DNA from: Camelus ferus | Taxonomy: Eukaryota | Assembly: GCF_009834535.1 (NCBI RefSeq) | Contig: NC_045697.1 | Coordinates: 51,462,001 to 51,526,000 of the forward strand | Length of the DNA: 64,000 nt | Reading direction: 5' to 3' | Shown: positions 39,689 to 52,782 of the stretch, piece after piece | Layout of the letters: each line of letters starts with the position of its first letter | Numbering within the stretch: position 1 is the stretch's first letter | Position numbers and translations under genes: made by a program | Notes under the pieces: generated by a model | Databases searched by the model: none | Seen by the model: only the letters and a program-made list of their open reading frames with translations | Told to the model about the DNA's origin: nothing

Positions 39689-41389
39689 ACACCCTAAATT
39701 ATTAGTTCATGAATGTATCACTTGGATGTTTTAGAATATACCTTAAGATTTTTAAATCTTGGAAGTGTCAATAAAAAGTATTATTTGCTTCAGGTGGAAA
39801 TTTAGTGGTTTTCAGATGAATAGACTTTCACATTCAAGAATATGTTGACATTTTCTCTTTGGTGAGAACAAAGGGAACATATCTTGCAACTTTTCTTCTT
39901 ACTGTAAACCAAATTTGCTCAGGCTTCTTGTGGAAGGTGGTGATGCTAACACTGAGCCCAGGCTGAATTGAAATAAGTCAGGATTTGAGGGAGAGTCAAT
40001 GGCTACAGGTGGTAGAGATTTGCACTATATGATTGTTTAACTAACATTTAACACTCCATAATTTAACATATTTTAATTACTCTCATCATCTAATTGTTAC
40101 TTTTTAAAGAGGAAACTCAGAAAATCACAAAATACTGGATAGATTAAAAGCATGTACTTGAGACTCTGTAGTGAACATCTTTCCCGGAGCCTACAAACCC
40201 CAGGAATAGTTCAGTAAAGTCATACCATGAAGTGCATCACCAGTGACCTACAGCTTTCTGGGAATTTCCTTCCCTAATGTGTTACAGCCATGTGGGCTAA
40301 ATTTATCCCTCCTAAGTGGTTGACCGACCACACCGAGTTAAAGATAAATTTGTAGTTTTGGAAATGAAAACCAACAATTAAGGCATATTTGTATTTCCAG
40401 CATAAATCACCACAGCAGAGAAGATGAATGGGGTCAAGTGCAGAGTTTGCAGGGCTGTGGGGACTATTTGAGTTTTTGTCACATACTGCAATTTCCTCTG
40501 AATAATTGTGGAGTCTGAGTAAGCAAGTCATAGACATATATTAAAATAGCATGTCTGTCTCATTTTTTCCTAGAAAATGACTTATTTTTTGACTTATATT
40601 TGAGAGTAACTAATTTTTTCACTTCCTGACTCATTAGGTTGATAAATTTCACTTAACTATTTCCATATGTGTATCCACTTTGTAATCATATGTAATTGCT
40701 CATTTCTCATTCTCTGCATTTTGAGTGCTTTCCTGATCATGAAATTTTCTTGCCAGATTTCAGGCAAGAGAAAAAAAGTGAGAGTGAAGAATACAACTGG
40801 CTATTGTGAGGATTAATGACAACTCTAGAAGAGGTTTGATAGCAGAACAATATCACTGACTTAGCTTTGTTCACTGATGTGTTATTATCACCTAAAATAG
40901 CACTCAGAAGGCACATGGTATTTATTACACAAATGAATGGGAATTCTAGATTACTTGTGGGGTTTTTTTCATTATTGATCTTGAATAGTTTCTCATATGT
41001 ATATTGGCTCATATTTTCTCTTTTATGAGCTTTCTATTTAAATCCTTTGTCATTTTACTGATTGATGTTTTTATTATTAACCTGTAAAATATTATATATA
41101 TATAAAATAGTACAACTGTGCCATAAATGTTATAAATATTTCTTTCAGCTTATTGTTTATGTTCTTATTCTTTAAATAATAAAACTCCTATTTATGCAAA
41201 CATTTTTTAACTTGAAATGCCAGAAAGAACTTTCCTATTCAGAGGTAGCTATTCACCTGTATTTTCTTCATTTTAAACATATTATTTTTAAAAAGGTTAA
41301 TCCGTTCATCTATTTGGCATTTATTTCAGTGCATGCTTTGGCGTTAGGATCTAAATTGATTCTCTTTTGGTAAATTAGCTAATGTTTTT

Positions 41390-41850
41390 AGTTGGCAGGA
41401 AATTTACTCTGGCAGTTTGAGCAGAAAAGGAACTTATTAAATTGATATTAGTGAGTCACAGAATCACCAAGAAGTTTGGGGAAACAGTGTGGAGTCTATG
41501 CAGATAGCACAGTCCAATACCATGCTTCAGATCTGCTCTTGAGGACCCACTGCCACTCTAGCTGAGCACTGAAACCTACAGTTAACACAGTTTAAACCAA
41601 TAGCATTGAACATTGGCTATTCCAGGCACGTGCATCCCAGGACACTCAATCTTGCAAAACCACTGCCACCAGGGAGAATTCTTCATGTTCCCTGCTTCTT
41701 AGATGTACTGATCCTCAATTCAAAGTCTGGGGCAAGTGTGTTATCTGCTAGAGTGTAGGGCACAGCTCATGTCCTAGCTCAAAGAAAATTGGGGAACTGA
41801 ACATCTGCATTTTTAATTACAATAGTGGAAAGCAGTTTTTTTCTGCCTTC
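41390..41850 (-). mobile_element. Old MaLR LTR fragment (MLT1K/J-like)
   Basis: ctctggcagtttgagcagaaaaggaacttatt...tcacagaatcacc; family assignment tentative. Confidence 0.45.
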
Positions 41851-42019
41851 CAGACTCATAAAGTGGAGAGATTCAGATGCAGAAATTATAGTTTTCTTTC
41901 TTGACACTATAGTTGAGTATATCATTATATACATTAACCATACTTGCAATTAAACTCTTCATGGTTTGTGGTGAATATCGGGTTGTGGGGAATGGGGTCA
42001 TGGATATGAGTACATATTA

Positions 42020-42250
42020 ACCCTGGTGTAGAATTAAAAATATGATCTTTGTGTTGTAACTGCTGGGTTTGAATTCCATATTCTAGCTCTGTGATCTTAA
42101 TCAAAATCATTAACATCTCTCTTAGCCTTATCTGTAAACTGGAGATATCAATGTCCTCTATGTTGTGATGATTATAATTGAAACAAGGATAAGTACATAG
42201 CACAGTGCCCAGCACAGAACATGCACTTAATAAATGTTACCATTATTCAC
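42020..42250 (+). mobile_element. MIR SINE
   Basis: ctgggtttgaattcc...ttatctgtaaactggagat...tagcacagtgcccagcacag...cacttaataaatgtta. Confidence 0.8.
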
Positions 42251-42519
42251 TACAATCATTATGGACTCAATTTCTTTCTGCTGCAGCTGGGCTATTGTCT
42301 CTGGTCATCCACTTTGCCCCTTAGATTTCAGTGAAAGATGCAGTTCTTACTGTGAGACGCTGGTGCCAATTCCAATAAATATCAGATTCAAAAACATACC
42401 TCTCATAAGGTTTTAAGTATATGTGGCTTCTATAAGTATATGTAGCATCTATATTTGTTAGGGCTTAAGATATATACGAATGTAACATCCTGATTATGTG
42501 TAATGGTTATTTTCAATTA

Positions 42520-43100
42520 TAAAATTTTAGAATATACACAAGTTAGAAAAAATCATTGATTCCCTCTGGACTTTTCACTCAGATTCAATAACTCTCATGA
42601 TTTTACTGTATTTGCTTCATCCAAGTTATATATGACATTTGATTAGAAGTTAGCTCTGAGAGCTTTAATAGATGCATGCTTAGCTTTTTTGGTCAAAGTA
42701 TTTCAAAGGTAGAACTGGATGCTTCACATTATATCACAGCAGGAAGCATACAACATCTGGGTGACCCACTTTAATGATGTTAAGATTGATCATTGAGTTG
42801 GGGTGGTGACAGGCTGATGCCTCCATTATAAAATTCCTCATGAACTCTTTCATCTAATGCTTTCATCCATTGATGATCTTTTCCTGACTCAAATATTACA
42901 TTAGGAGTTACAAAATGATGATTTTTCTAATGCTTTAATTTCTTACACATTTAATAGTCAGAATTTTCTTATCATTTAGGTATATTTGGCTATGCTGATA
43001 TACAGGAAAGCCAGGATAAAGGCAAAGTAAATGCTCAGTATTTTATTTTAATGGCTAATACTCAGAATAAGGAGTTGGCATCCTGGTTACTTGCAATGGT
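42520..43100 (-). mobile_element. Old L1 3' UTR (L1MC4/5 or L1ME-like)
   Basis: caggaagcatacaacatctgg...tgatgttaagattgatca...ggtggtgacag...ttcatccattgatgatc. Confidence 0.65.
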
Positions 43101-43289
43101 GTCCAGTAAGGATATTTTAGTTTTTTTTTTTATTTTATTTTAGTAGGATACAAAAAGGAATCTATTTGCAAGCCAAATAAAAGCACTGAACAAATTTTTA
43201 TACTTCTGTTTTTCCTGGTTTTTGTTTTACTTCCCAATCTTATGTCTATCTATATACATATATATAAATATACATATACATACTATGAT

Positions 43290-43940
43290 TCTTTTTTATT
43301 GAGATATATTAGTTTCATGTGTGCAATATAATGATTCAATATATGTATACTTTGTGATCACCATAATAAATCTAGTTAACATTCATCATCACACATAGTT
43401 GAACATTTTTTTCTGTGTGATGAGTACTTTTAAGATCTACTCTTTTAGCAACTTTCAAACATACGGTACAGTATTATTAACTATAGTTACCATGGTGAAC
43501 ACTACATTCCCAGGACTTACTTATTTTATAACTCCAAGTTTGTACATTTTGACTGCCTTCACCCGTTTTGCCCACCATCCACACACATACTCTCCCCTAC
43601 CCCACCTCTGGCAACCACCAATCTGTTCTCTGTATCTATGAGGCTTTTTTTTTAATTCCACATGTAAGTGAGATCATACAGTATTTGTCTTTCTCTCTCT
43701 GACTTACTGCTCTTCGTATAGTATTCTCAGGGTCCATCCATCTGGAAACTGGCAGGATTTTCTTTTTTATGGCTGAATAATATTTCATTATATATATATA
43801 TATATATCACATTTTCTTTATCTATTCATCCATTCATAGTCACTTAGGTTATTTCCATGCCTTGGCTATTATAAGTAAAGCTGCAGTGAATGTAAGGGAG
43901 AAGATACTTTTTTCAAATGAGTATTTTTATTTCCTTTGGA
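43290..43940 (-). mobile_element. L1 3' end (L1MA9-like)
   Basis: ttttaagatctactcttttagcaactttcaa, cccacctctggcaaccac, ccacatgtaagtgagatcatacagtatttgtct. Confidence 0.9.
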
Positions 43941-46044
43941 TAATAGTAATATGTATGTGTTCTTCATATGACATTTTCCAAGTCTAGGCTATCCTGAGGA
44001 TTTTTAAACTCTGGGATGTTTGCTAATAAAGTCTGAAACTACAACATGTCTTGAGCACTCAGGACTTCTTCGCTGTCTGTGTATCTTTGAAACACGGTAT
44101 TCTAGGGCAATCCAGTGATTCATCAACTTTGATGCATAACTGACTGTTCTCAAGTTTTCAGTCTATATGGTGATAATTTTTATATATGAATCAGGAATAG
44201 TGGATTAAGGCATTCATCAGTTTACATCTTCATGAAGATTGTATCACTTTAGTTCTCAACTTTCTTTTGCATTCCAGACACAGAACCTAAAAAGATGTAA
44301 CTTCTTTCCTAAAGATTATTTTGGTAAGTGTATAAAGTCAAGTTATAAAGAAATTCAGTAGCTTTGTGGGAATATATGTTCATATGCATTATTCTGGAGA
44401 TGGGGAACGTCATGCAAAAATTGATGACTTATGAGTGGGAAAACATGGAAATAAATTGAATTTTTACAAATAAAACCAAAAAGTAAATTTTTATTCTTAG
44501 TAGTGTATTTTGAAAATAAAGCTGATGCTGTTTTGTTTAGTGGAAATGACTTTGACACGGCAAGGTATAAGTTGTCTTTGGCCTTTAATTGATTATGAAT
44601 ATCTGTGTTTTTTGAAGCCAACATTTCTGAAAATCCTGACTCACAGATGCATATAAAAGCAAATGGAATCAAAGCTCCTAAAAGTTGCTTTACTTGGTTA
44701 GAGTGAACTGGTGTTGAAGCATGCAAACTGAATGAGGCACCTGATGTTGAATTTGGGTCACTTCCTTTCCTTAGTTCTCAAGGCAATGGGGTCGTCTTTG
44801 ATAAAATTTGCACTACTAATGCAGTGTCAGCAACGAATGGATTAAAAATGCTCATTTTATTATTAAGATCCAAGAAGGCTGAAGAAACCCTCAGAAAATG
44901 TCTGCAGGATTTCCAACTCTGCCAGCTGAGAAATCGACAATGATTTGTCAGTCTCAACTTTATCCTGTGGGGCACTTCCTTTGGCATCTTGGTCAAAAAT
45001 TGCTTATTATTTTTTAGCAGTAGGACCTTGGATCAGAAGATTTACCTTATGCACATGGCCAAAAATATTTTCCCGGTAAGCCAAGCAATGCATGAATATC
45101 TCCCTTTCAAATTGTTCTTAGTGGGTTTTTATTTTTCTCTGAAGTTTAATCATGTGCATTATTGACTTGTCCCCTGGAATGCCAATGAGTGTCCATACAG
45201 TAGAAAAAAATTATAATTTTAAAAAGTGGTGATCCAAGGATCTGGCTCTGATGAAGTTGACAAATTTCACAGCAACAGAAGACTTCTTTCATTGTTATTG
45301 GCTGAGTCTTTGATACCAACACAAGCCAATCTATATAGCAGTGCATTCCAGTGCCATGGGTTGCTTCTCTCTTCACCAAAGCAGCAAAACTAAATGTATT
45401 TCCAAGCATCACAGATGCTCCATTTTGCAAAAAATACCAGAATTTTCTTTCAGCTGAAGCGTTTCTTGGCAAAGAAATGATGTTGACAGCCCTTGGATTT
45501 TCTAAAAGGGGCTCACGTAATAGGAATTCTTACAAGAACTCATTTGCCCTTACAGATGTAAGTAGTTTTATCTGGTTGAGTGCTGAAGAAAAATGACTTT
45601 TCCCACCATGATTAGATTCAAAACATTAGAAGAAATGTCAGTGATTTTGTATTGGATAATAAAACTTTACAGCGAAACACTTCTGATTTTAATTCTCTGG
45701 TCCACAGATCAGCTCAACAATTTGTGTGGCATGTGTGTCAACATAGTCTCTCTGGTCACACTATGCTTCTTCTGCCTGTTAGAGTGATCAGTAACCTTTA
45801 CATTGCCTCAAGACAAGCTTTGGGTGATGGGGGCAAAGGAATGTTTTGGTAAAACTGAGCTTTCTTTTCCTGATGAAAATCTACTCTGTCCTGTGTATTT
45901 TCGGGATGGAGATCATGGAGGATCATTTCAGCTTCTTTGGGTAGTTACCACCATTGGCAAGAAGCTTGGCAGATAGGATGACTGAAGTTCTACGCTTCAT
46001 CAAGTTAGGTACTGAAAGTTAACCAAAGGGTGTATAAACTTCAC

Positions 46045-46125
46045 TTTCCTTCCCTCCTTCTCTCTTCCCTCCCTGCCTCTCCCCCCTTCTTCTTTCCTTT
46101 CTTCCATCTTTTCTTCCTTCCTAGG
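46045..46125. repeat. CT-rich low-complexity tract
   Basis: (CTTC/CCTT)-rich run seen directly. Confidence 0.8.
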
Positions 46126-46149
46126 AAGGAATTAGGCCCAATCATTATC

Positions 46150-46365
46150 ATCATAATTATAATAATGGTAACTAATATTTTGTGAGTTCTTACTCTGTGT
46201 CAGGGTTAACCTTTTTGGTTAGGTATGATTGTCATTGCCATTTTACAGGTGAGGAAAATAAAGTACAGAGGTTAAGTAACTTACGGAAATCACACAGTCA
46301 GTGATCAGTCAGGCCAGTATTTCAATCCAGGTAGTCTGGCTCCTAAACTGAGCTGCTAACCTTTC
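46150..46365 (-). mobile_element. MIR SINE
   Basis: ccattttacaggtgaggaaa...agaggttaagtaactt...atcacacag...tttcaatccaggtagtctggctcc. Confidence 0.85.
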
Positions 46366-47329
46366 TGCAGATCTTTACCTTGTCATGTATAGTAGCATCC
46401 TCTGCTATCCTCAGAGTGTTTGGAATAAATGTTACCTTAGTGTAGTTTTGCTTAAGCTTTTCCTAACAAAACAATTTTTAAAGTAACAGCTGGGAAAACT
46501 ATTTTTCTTTTTTTGTGGGGATCCCCACAGTTCACAGATTCAAATTTTATGCCCTAGATTTTCTCTTTCAGAATCGTCTTTTTAATTGGCTGAGGCTGAG
46601 GCACTGGAATCATGCACTGTTTTAGATACAGCTGTGGACGTCCGAACATCCAATACATTCCCAGTGTTTGCAATAGATGTTTTATAATGTTTGTCACGCT
46701 ATTGCCTTTCTGATGTTCTGCGACTCTCTTTCAAATGTTTTTATTTATTAAAAAAAAAAAACAGTCTTGGAATTCCTTCTTGTCTCCATTCCTAGAGTAA
46801 GATCGTGCATAGGCCTATTTGATAAGCATGGATGCAAACAGCAGTATCTGCCTCTTCCAGTGAGAAATGCCAGTGTAGCTTTACAGCCCTTTTGAATTTT
46901 TATCATAGTTCCCACAGTTGATTTGACACAATCTGGAATAAAACCCTATAAATAAGTGATGTTCCCTGGAAATGTTTTTGTTTTATTATAACGATGACAA
47001 CATGCATTCATTCTAGGGTCATTTTATTAAATAAGTCCTCATAAGTAAATTACTTCTACATTTAAAGAGGCCTAGAGATCTCCACCTCTTCTAAACTTCT
47101 TAAGTTGGGCAATACCAAAGTTGATGATGATCCTTCATGAGTTTCACCCAGCTTGGTCGAACTCTGTTTTTTAAAAGAATGTTTTGCCATTTTCTTTATG
47201 GGAGTTCCTTCATTTAGCAACTACATTTTCGTAGTTTTTGGCCATTAAACCAGAAGAAATAAAATAACTAAAACCAGTGTTGATTTTGCCGCACTCTCGC
47301 TCCTCCTGTGCTCTTGCCCAGCTCAGCTG

Positions 47330-47690
47330 ATGATAGTGGAGTCTTTTCACTCACAGTCTGCAGTCTAGTCCGTTAGCAAATCCAGCTGCCTCTCTGTTTC
47401 AAGCTGTACCCAGAATTTGACCATTTCTGACTCTCTTCCCTCCACCACCTTAAACTCAGTCACCAACATATCTTGCTTGATTTAATTTAGTAAACTCTTA
47501 AATGGTCTTCCTGCTTCTACTTTACCACCTTAGCCCGCTCTCCACCCAGCAATAGGATTACACTTTTATAACATAAACCATGTCATGTCATTGCTTTTCT
47601 AAAAACCCTCCAATGGCTTCAGACACATTTTAGTAAAAATAAATCCAACCTTCTTGGCAAGGAGTCATATATGGTCTTGCCCGTGGTTAC
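47330..47690 (+). mobile_element. L2 fragment
   Basis: cccagaatttgaccatttct, aatggtcttcctgcttc, tctccacccagca, aaaaccctccaatggctt. Confidence 0.7.
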
Positions 47691-47699
47691 TTTTTAAAT

Positions 47700-47960
47700 C
47701 AGTCAAGTTTCTACTGCAGTATTACTGCATAGCAAATAACTCCCAAATCTCTGCAGCTCAACAGTGCACGTTGTGTTTTCTCCTTCCCAGGTCTGCAGGT
47801 CTGCTGTGGCAGCTCTGTTACAGGCTGGGGGGTAGATGTGGCTCTGATGTAAGTGTCCCTCATTCTGGGTCCAGTGGCTCCTCCAGCCTGAATGTTTAAT
47901 GGCAGATATGAGGAGTACTAGAGGCCAAAGCAAACATTGAAAGCCTCTTAAAGCCTCTGC
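47700..47960 (-). mobile_element. Old MaLR LTR fragment (MLT1J-like)
   Basis: ctgcatagcaaataactcccaaatctc...gtctgcaggtc...cattctgggtcca; tentative. Confidence 0.5.
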
Positions 47961-48019
47961 CTAGGGCTTGCTGGCTAACACTCTATGACATCACCCCACC
48001 TCTCTTTCTGCTTTCTTTT

Positions 48020-48504
48020 TCCCTCTGTTACCTGGTCATTGTTAAGATAATTTGTAAATATAAATCTAGATTATTATTAATAACCTAATACCTTCTTTTA
48101 TGCATATTATCTTTGAAAAATACATTAATTTACATTTTCAGTTATTATGTACCCATTTTAACTGTAGTATCCCAACTGTTTCAAACTAACTTCATGATTA
48201 AGACATTACTGTTCACAACCAGCCATTTGTAACATGAATTTCTCATTTTTAAATCCTTCATTTTAGTTCATCCCTTGAGTGGCTTGAAGTACATCTTTCA
48301 GTAATTTAGGAAGGTTCTGTTCATTAAGGTAAAAGGAATTTTTTTCTATTGGCTACACACAGTTGATATCTCACTGAATGTATCTTCTTTGCAGCTCTAT
48401 AGACACCGCTTTATTACCTTCTAAAGTGTTGTTAAAGGAGACATAGTATTACAAAGTCTGGGGTGAGATTAATTTTGTTGCCTTTTCTGTCTGTCTGTCC
48501 CTCC

Positions 48505-48576
<72 letters not shown>

Positions 48577-49290
48577 GGACTTTTTTTTTTTATTTTTGTA
48601 AGCTTTTATAAAATTTTTTTGCTTGAATTTGTCTAACAGCATTGTTAGGACACTTTCTGTCATCAGTTTTAGCTGGTAAGTGGAGAGCATTTCTAATCTG
48701 GCCTCTCTTTTTCTTCTTAGAAAAGTTTTATTGTTGCGATTGCTATTTACCTATAATGACCTCAATCATTCTATTTCATTAATTTCTGGGGTCATCTTTA
48801 GGACTCTGTAGTACTCACAGGTTGGCACTTTGCTCTCCTTTTTTCGTATTTCTCATCTTCTCTCTCAGGTAAATTTCTCCCTTCACCCTGTCTTCTCTGT
48901 CCTAGGAGAACCTTATATGCTTTAAATCCACGTTACATTGACTTTTAACATGTGTAGTCTCTAGTCTTTGGTCCTTCTCACGAATATTTTAATTACTGAG
49001 AGTACTTTTATTTCCTTGAGGAATCTCTTTATGTCATCTGTCTTCTTTTTCATTTCTGTTTCTGTCTTTGTATCTGAGCCAATGATCTCTTCTTTTAATC
49101 TTGATTTTTCCGTATAAACACTTTTTATTGTTTTGGAAAGCAATAAAATTTAATTTTCCTTAATTAAATATGAAGCAATTAGTTTCTAAGAACTATTTTT
49201 CTGGGTTTTATAACAAATTATTTTCAAAACGAATCTTTTTGGTCTGAATCCTTACCTTATTTTCAATCCACGGTGGATTGTTTTCTGTAC
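48020..49290 (-). mobile_element. Highly decayed L1ME/HAL1-like sequence
   Basis: T-rich, with minus-strand K/E-rich ORF1-like stretches (ORF 48961-49143); tentative. Confidence 0.4.
48507..48576. repeat. Compound microsatellite (TG)23(AG)12
   Basis: Counted directly. Confidence 0.95.
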
Positions 49291-49297
49291 ACTCATT

Positions 49298-49605
49298 AGT
49301 TCTTTCTCTTTCTCCTTTTTTTTTTTGTAATAGATTCTGCCCTGTTTAAAGTTACTACAAAACAATAGCTATATTCTCTGTGCTGTACAATATGAACTTG
49401 TAGCTTGTTTATTTTATACGTAGTAGTTTGTATCTCTTAGTCTCCTACACCTATATTGCCCCTCCCTCTTCCCTCTCCCCGCTAGGAGCCACTAGTTTGT
49501 TTTCTGTATCTGTGAGTCTATATCTGTTTTGTCATATCCACTCATTTGCTTTATTTTTCAGATTCCACATATAAGTGATAACATAGAGTATTTGTCTTTC
49601 TCTGG
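49298..49605 (-). mobile_element. 5'-truncated L1 3' end with 11-bp TSD
   Basis: ctgtgctgtacaat...agtagtttgtatct...agattccacatataagtgata; TSD gtacactcatt at 49287-49297 and 49606-49616. Confidence 0.9.
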
Positions 49606-50996
49606 GTACACTCATTCTTAATTGCCCATGAATGAGGAAAGATTTACACGGACTTGGTGTTTGGCAAGACACAGGGTTTGTAGCTGTTTCAAGAAGACCT
49701 GCCACCTGGGTTCCAGGCGTAGCTTCCAGGCCAATTTTCTTTTTCTTTTTTTTTGCCCATCAAGAGTCAATCTTTGCAGATCTCTAGAACTGAGATATAT
49801 AACCCTTCTAATTTCTACAGTATAATCCTCTGGCTCTGTGAGTAGCTGGAGCATGTTAAATACCTCAGCATACATTGCTCTGAATCCTCTCCTTAGTCTT
49901 TTCCCCGGGCCACTGTGCTTTCCATTTGGGGATTACAGATTGCAGATTGGCACTACCCATCATTTTCCTCCACCTCTGGCCAATAATGCCAGGAATGCAG
50001 TCTCTGAATGTAAAAAAAGATACTGAAGGAGCATGGAAAGAAAAAGGAATATGACACTGAATGTCTCACTAGTGTAATTTTGATACAGAAAGGTAATGGT
50101 TTTCCATTTTTTTGTTTGGAACAGACCCAGCATCTGAATTGTGGTTAGATGGTGTGGGAGGGTGACAATGGGTTCTGGGTAGGGGATGTGAGTTGGTTAC
50201 AGCTTCCTTCAGACTAACTTCAGGATAGTCAATCTCTACTGTTTGGATCTGTGAAGCATGCATAAGCTGTTTATTCAACCTTGATATACCAGTCTTGTAG
50301 TTAGAAGTTTATCTCAACTTTTGAATTTGTGTCTTCTTTCCTTACATTTCATTGATGCAATGAATATTTTTCACTATATTTTCTTAAGTATTTTATTAGA
50401 AATTTGGAATAGAGGCAGTTAATGAAATGCAATTTTTGTTCAGATGTTTTAAAAAGTTTAAAACATTTTCTCTATTTCTGAACTGAGATTTTTTTTACTG
50501 AGACTCTAGGTTCAGTTCATCTGTATGGCAAAAATTTGTATCATTTTCTCTTAAAAAATTTCACACTTGATTTACAGTTTAATTGAATTTTAATGTACTG
50601 ATCCTGGGCTTATTCAAAGCCTGCTTATCAATCCAGTACTTCACTTCTGCTTGCCCTTTCTCAAAGGCCATGGGACTGACTCCACAGTGTCTTTGCCAGA
50701 CTTGACCTTAGAGTTAGTTCCCAATGGAAGCTTGGCACTCCTTGCTCATTGCCGCAAGTGTAATCCCTGTTAGCTCTTTTCTCCTTTTTGCTCCTGTTCA
50801 TGTTACCTGATGCTTTATCTTTCCATGTGACTATTTCCCTAACTGCTAAACAATTGTACTCTCTGGAAGCATTGTTTCTTAGTAGCAAATCTTCCTCTAT
50901 GTGCAACCGCTCCCCTGAATGCTAGAAAGAGGAAAAATCTTTTTTCTTGCTTTAGTTCTTTTGTGATAAATAAGGCTATTTCAAGCACATCCTAAA

Positions 50997-51060
<64 letters not shown>
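50997..51060. repeat. Compound microsatellite (CT)13(CA)19
   Basis: Counted directly. Confidence 0.95.
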
Positions 51061-51064
<4 letters not shown>

Positions 51065-51489
51065 TCACTTTAGCCATTTATGAACTCATGGGATGGTCTA
51101 TCCACCCTAGCAATTTCCATAATGAGGAATGCACTTTTGTAAGCAGAGAAATTGGCCTATTTCTTAAAATAAAGAGATATTAAAGGGATACACAGCAAAA
51201 GTTAAACAGGCCATATGACTCTTTCTTACTCTTCTGTTTCAAATGCTATATTGTTATCTACTTTAGTTCCTTCTTGTGACACTAGTCAGTATGCAGTGTG
51301 GCACTGGCCAGAGCTCTAACTTTCTCTGCTGTCTTAAGCACTGCTAAGGTCATCATTATTTATGTATTAGCTACCTATTACAAGATCAGGTAATTGAACT
51401 AAGTAAAAAGTGGCCAGAGACCAGTTCTATGGACTGACACCTGTGCACCCATCCCCAGCACACACACTATGATTATAATTGGGACCTAA

Positions 51490-51730
51490 CTTTTCTTTTT
51501 TCTATTGAAGTATAGATGATTTACTGTATTATATTAGTTTCAGGTGTATGACACAGTGATTCAATTTTTTAAATAAATTATTCTCCTTTTAAATTTATTA
51601 AAAAATAATGGCTATATTTCTCCGTGCTATACATTATATCCTTGTTGCTTATCTATTTTATACATAATAGTTTGTATCCTTAATTGATACTGTGAGTCTG
51701 TTTCTCTTTTGTTATATACATTCATTTGAT
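51490..51730 (-). mobile_element. L1 3' end
   Basis: ttgaagtatagatgatttac...tattagtttcaggtgta...agtgattca...tccttgttgcttatctattttatacataatagtttgtatc. Confidence 0.85.
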
Positions 51731-51987
51731 TTTACTCCTTATGCCATCTTCCTTTAGAGCATCTGCATGATACTGTGGTTTATAAGAAATATATTCTAGC
51801 ACAGAGCTCATAAAATCCTTGGAATTTTCTTTTGTTATGTTAATGAAGTGAATTTTGGTAAAACTTAAGGATGGGGGCTGGTTGATAGGAAGCCAACCAG
51901 GTGATTAGAGGGTTGGAAATTTTAGGTCCAACCTCACAGTCTCTGGGAGGGAGGAAAGAGGGTTTGGAGGTTGAATTAATCACCAAT

Positions 51988-52144
51988 TCACAGGGAAATA
52001 TATACAAGATCTTGTGATAGCTCACAGCAAAAAAAAAAAAAAAATGTGGCAATGAATATATGTATGTTCATGTATAACTGAAAAATTGTGCTCTATACTG
52101 GAATTTGACACAACATTGTGAAATGATTAGAACTCAATAAAAAA
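51988..52144 (+). mobile_element. Short L1 3' end (camelid type) with 10-bp TSD
   Basis: cagggaaatatatacaagatcttgtg...tataactgaaaaattgtgctcta...caataaaaaaa; TSD aatcaccaat at 51978-51987 and 52145-52154. Confidence 0.9.
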
Positions 52145-52274
52145 AATCACCAATGGACAATAATTTAATCAAATCATGTCTATGTATTGAAGCTTCCATA
52201 AAAACTCACTGATGAGTTTCAGTGAGCTTCCCAATTGGTAAACACATGGAGGTATCGGGCGAGTAGTGCACTTG

Positions 52275-52782
52275 TGTTACTGGAGAGCAGCTTCTTGTCT
52301 CGTCATAGAAAGATTTCAGAAATGAGACATGGAGGTCAAGAAAGCAAAGTGAGGATTTATTAAGCAATAGTACAACTCTCAAGGGTAGAGCAGGCAGACT
52401 CAGGTGAGTAGCTGTGCTGAGTTTCTTTGGCAAGCTGGTTATATGGGGTGTAAAAATGAATGGGCAGAATATTCATTAAGGGAAGAGGGGTTTGGGGTCA
52501 TATTTCCTGATTTTCATCCCAGCTCCATCTTCCTGAGGGGAGGAAGGATTTTTGTCCTTATTTAGTCTTGATCAGAAGTGTCATGGTGTCGGTACCCGAT
52601 GGGTACTTCTAATCTGCATGGCTAATTTTATTATAATGAGTGTATAATGAAGAACGAGGTATATTAGAAGTCATATCTTCTGCCATCTTGGGCCTAGTTG
52701 GTTCTAACCAGCTTACATCCTGTCCTCAATGGCTTTGCCATTCTTTTAATGGTTGTGCCCTGCCCTCTTCCCTGCTGTCTCA
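52275..52782 (-). mobile_element. ERV1 solo LTR, MER41-like, with 4-bp TSD
   Basis: TG/CA ends; TSD cttg at 52271-52274 and 52783-52786; minus-strand cattatacactcattataa...caccatgaca resembles MER41; AATAAA near the minus-strand 3' end. Confidence 0.85.

Larger units (their letters stand above)
44250..46500 (-). mobile_element. hAT Buster/Charlie DNA transposon fossil with a near full-length, disrupted transposase
   Basis: Minus-strand peptides in the expected order: BED-like KLLANGGNYPKKLK...HP (about 45960-45900), FFSTQPDKTT (about 45560-45595), EFLLREPL, QNGASVMLG...VKREA...MHC, FYCMDTHWHSRGQV, ALIPFAFICICESGFS...DNLYLAVSK; many stops and frameshifts; outer ends approximate. Confidence 0.85.

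Noticed and set aside
44355..45472. Intact domesticated transposase gene (ZBED8/FAM200-like)
   Set aside because: Multiple stops and frameshifts, and decayed catalytic motifs
46600..46740. Penelope GIY-YIG-like RVAEH motif on the minus strand
   Set aside because: An in-frame stop lies just upstream, and there is no GIY/YIG motif or RT sequence nearby
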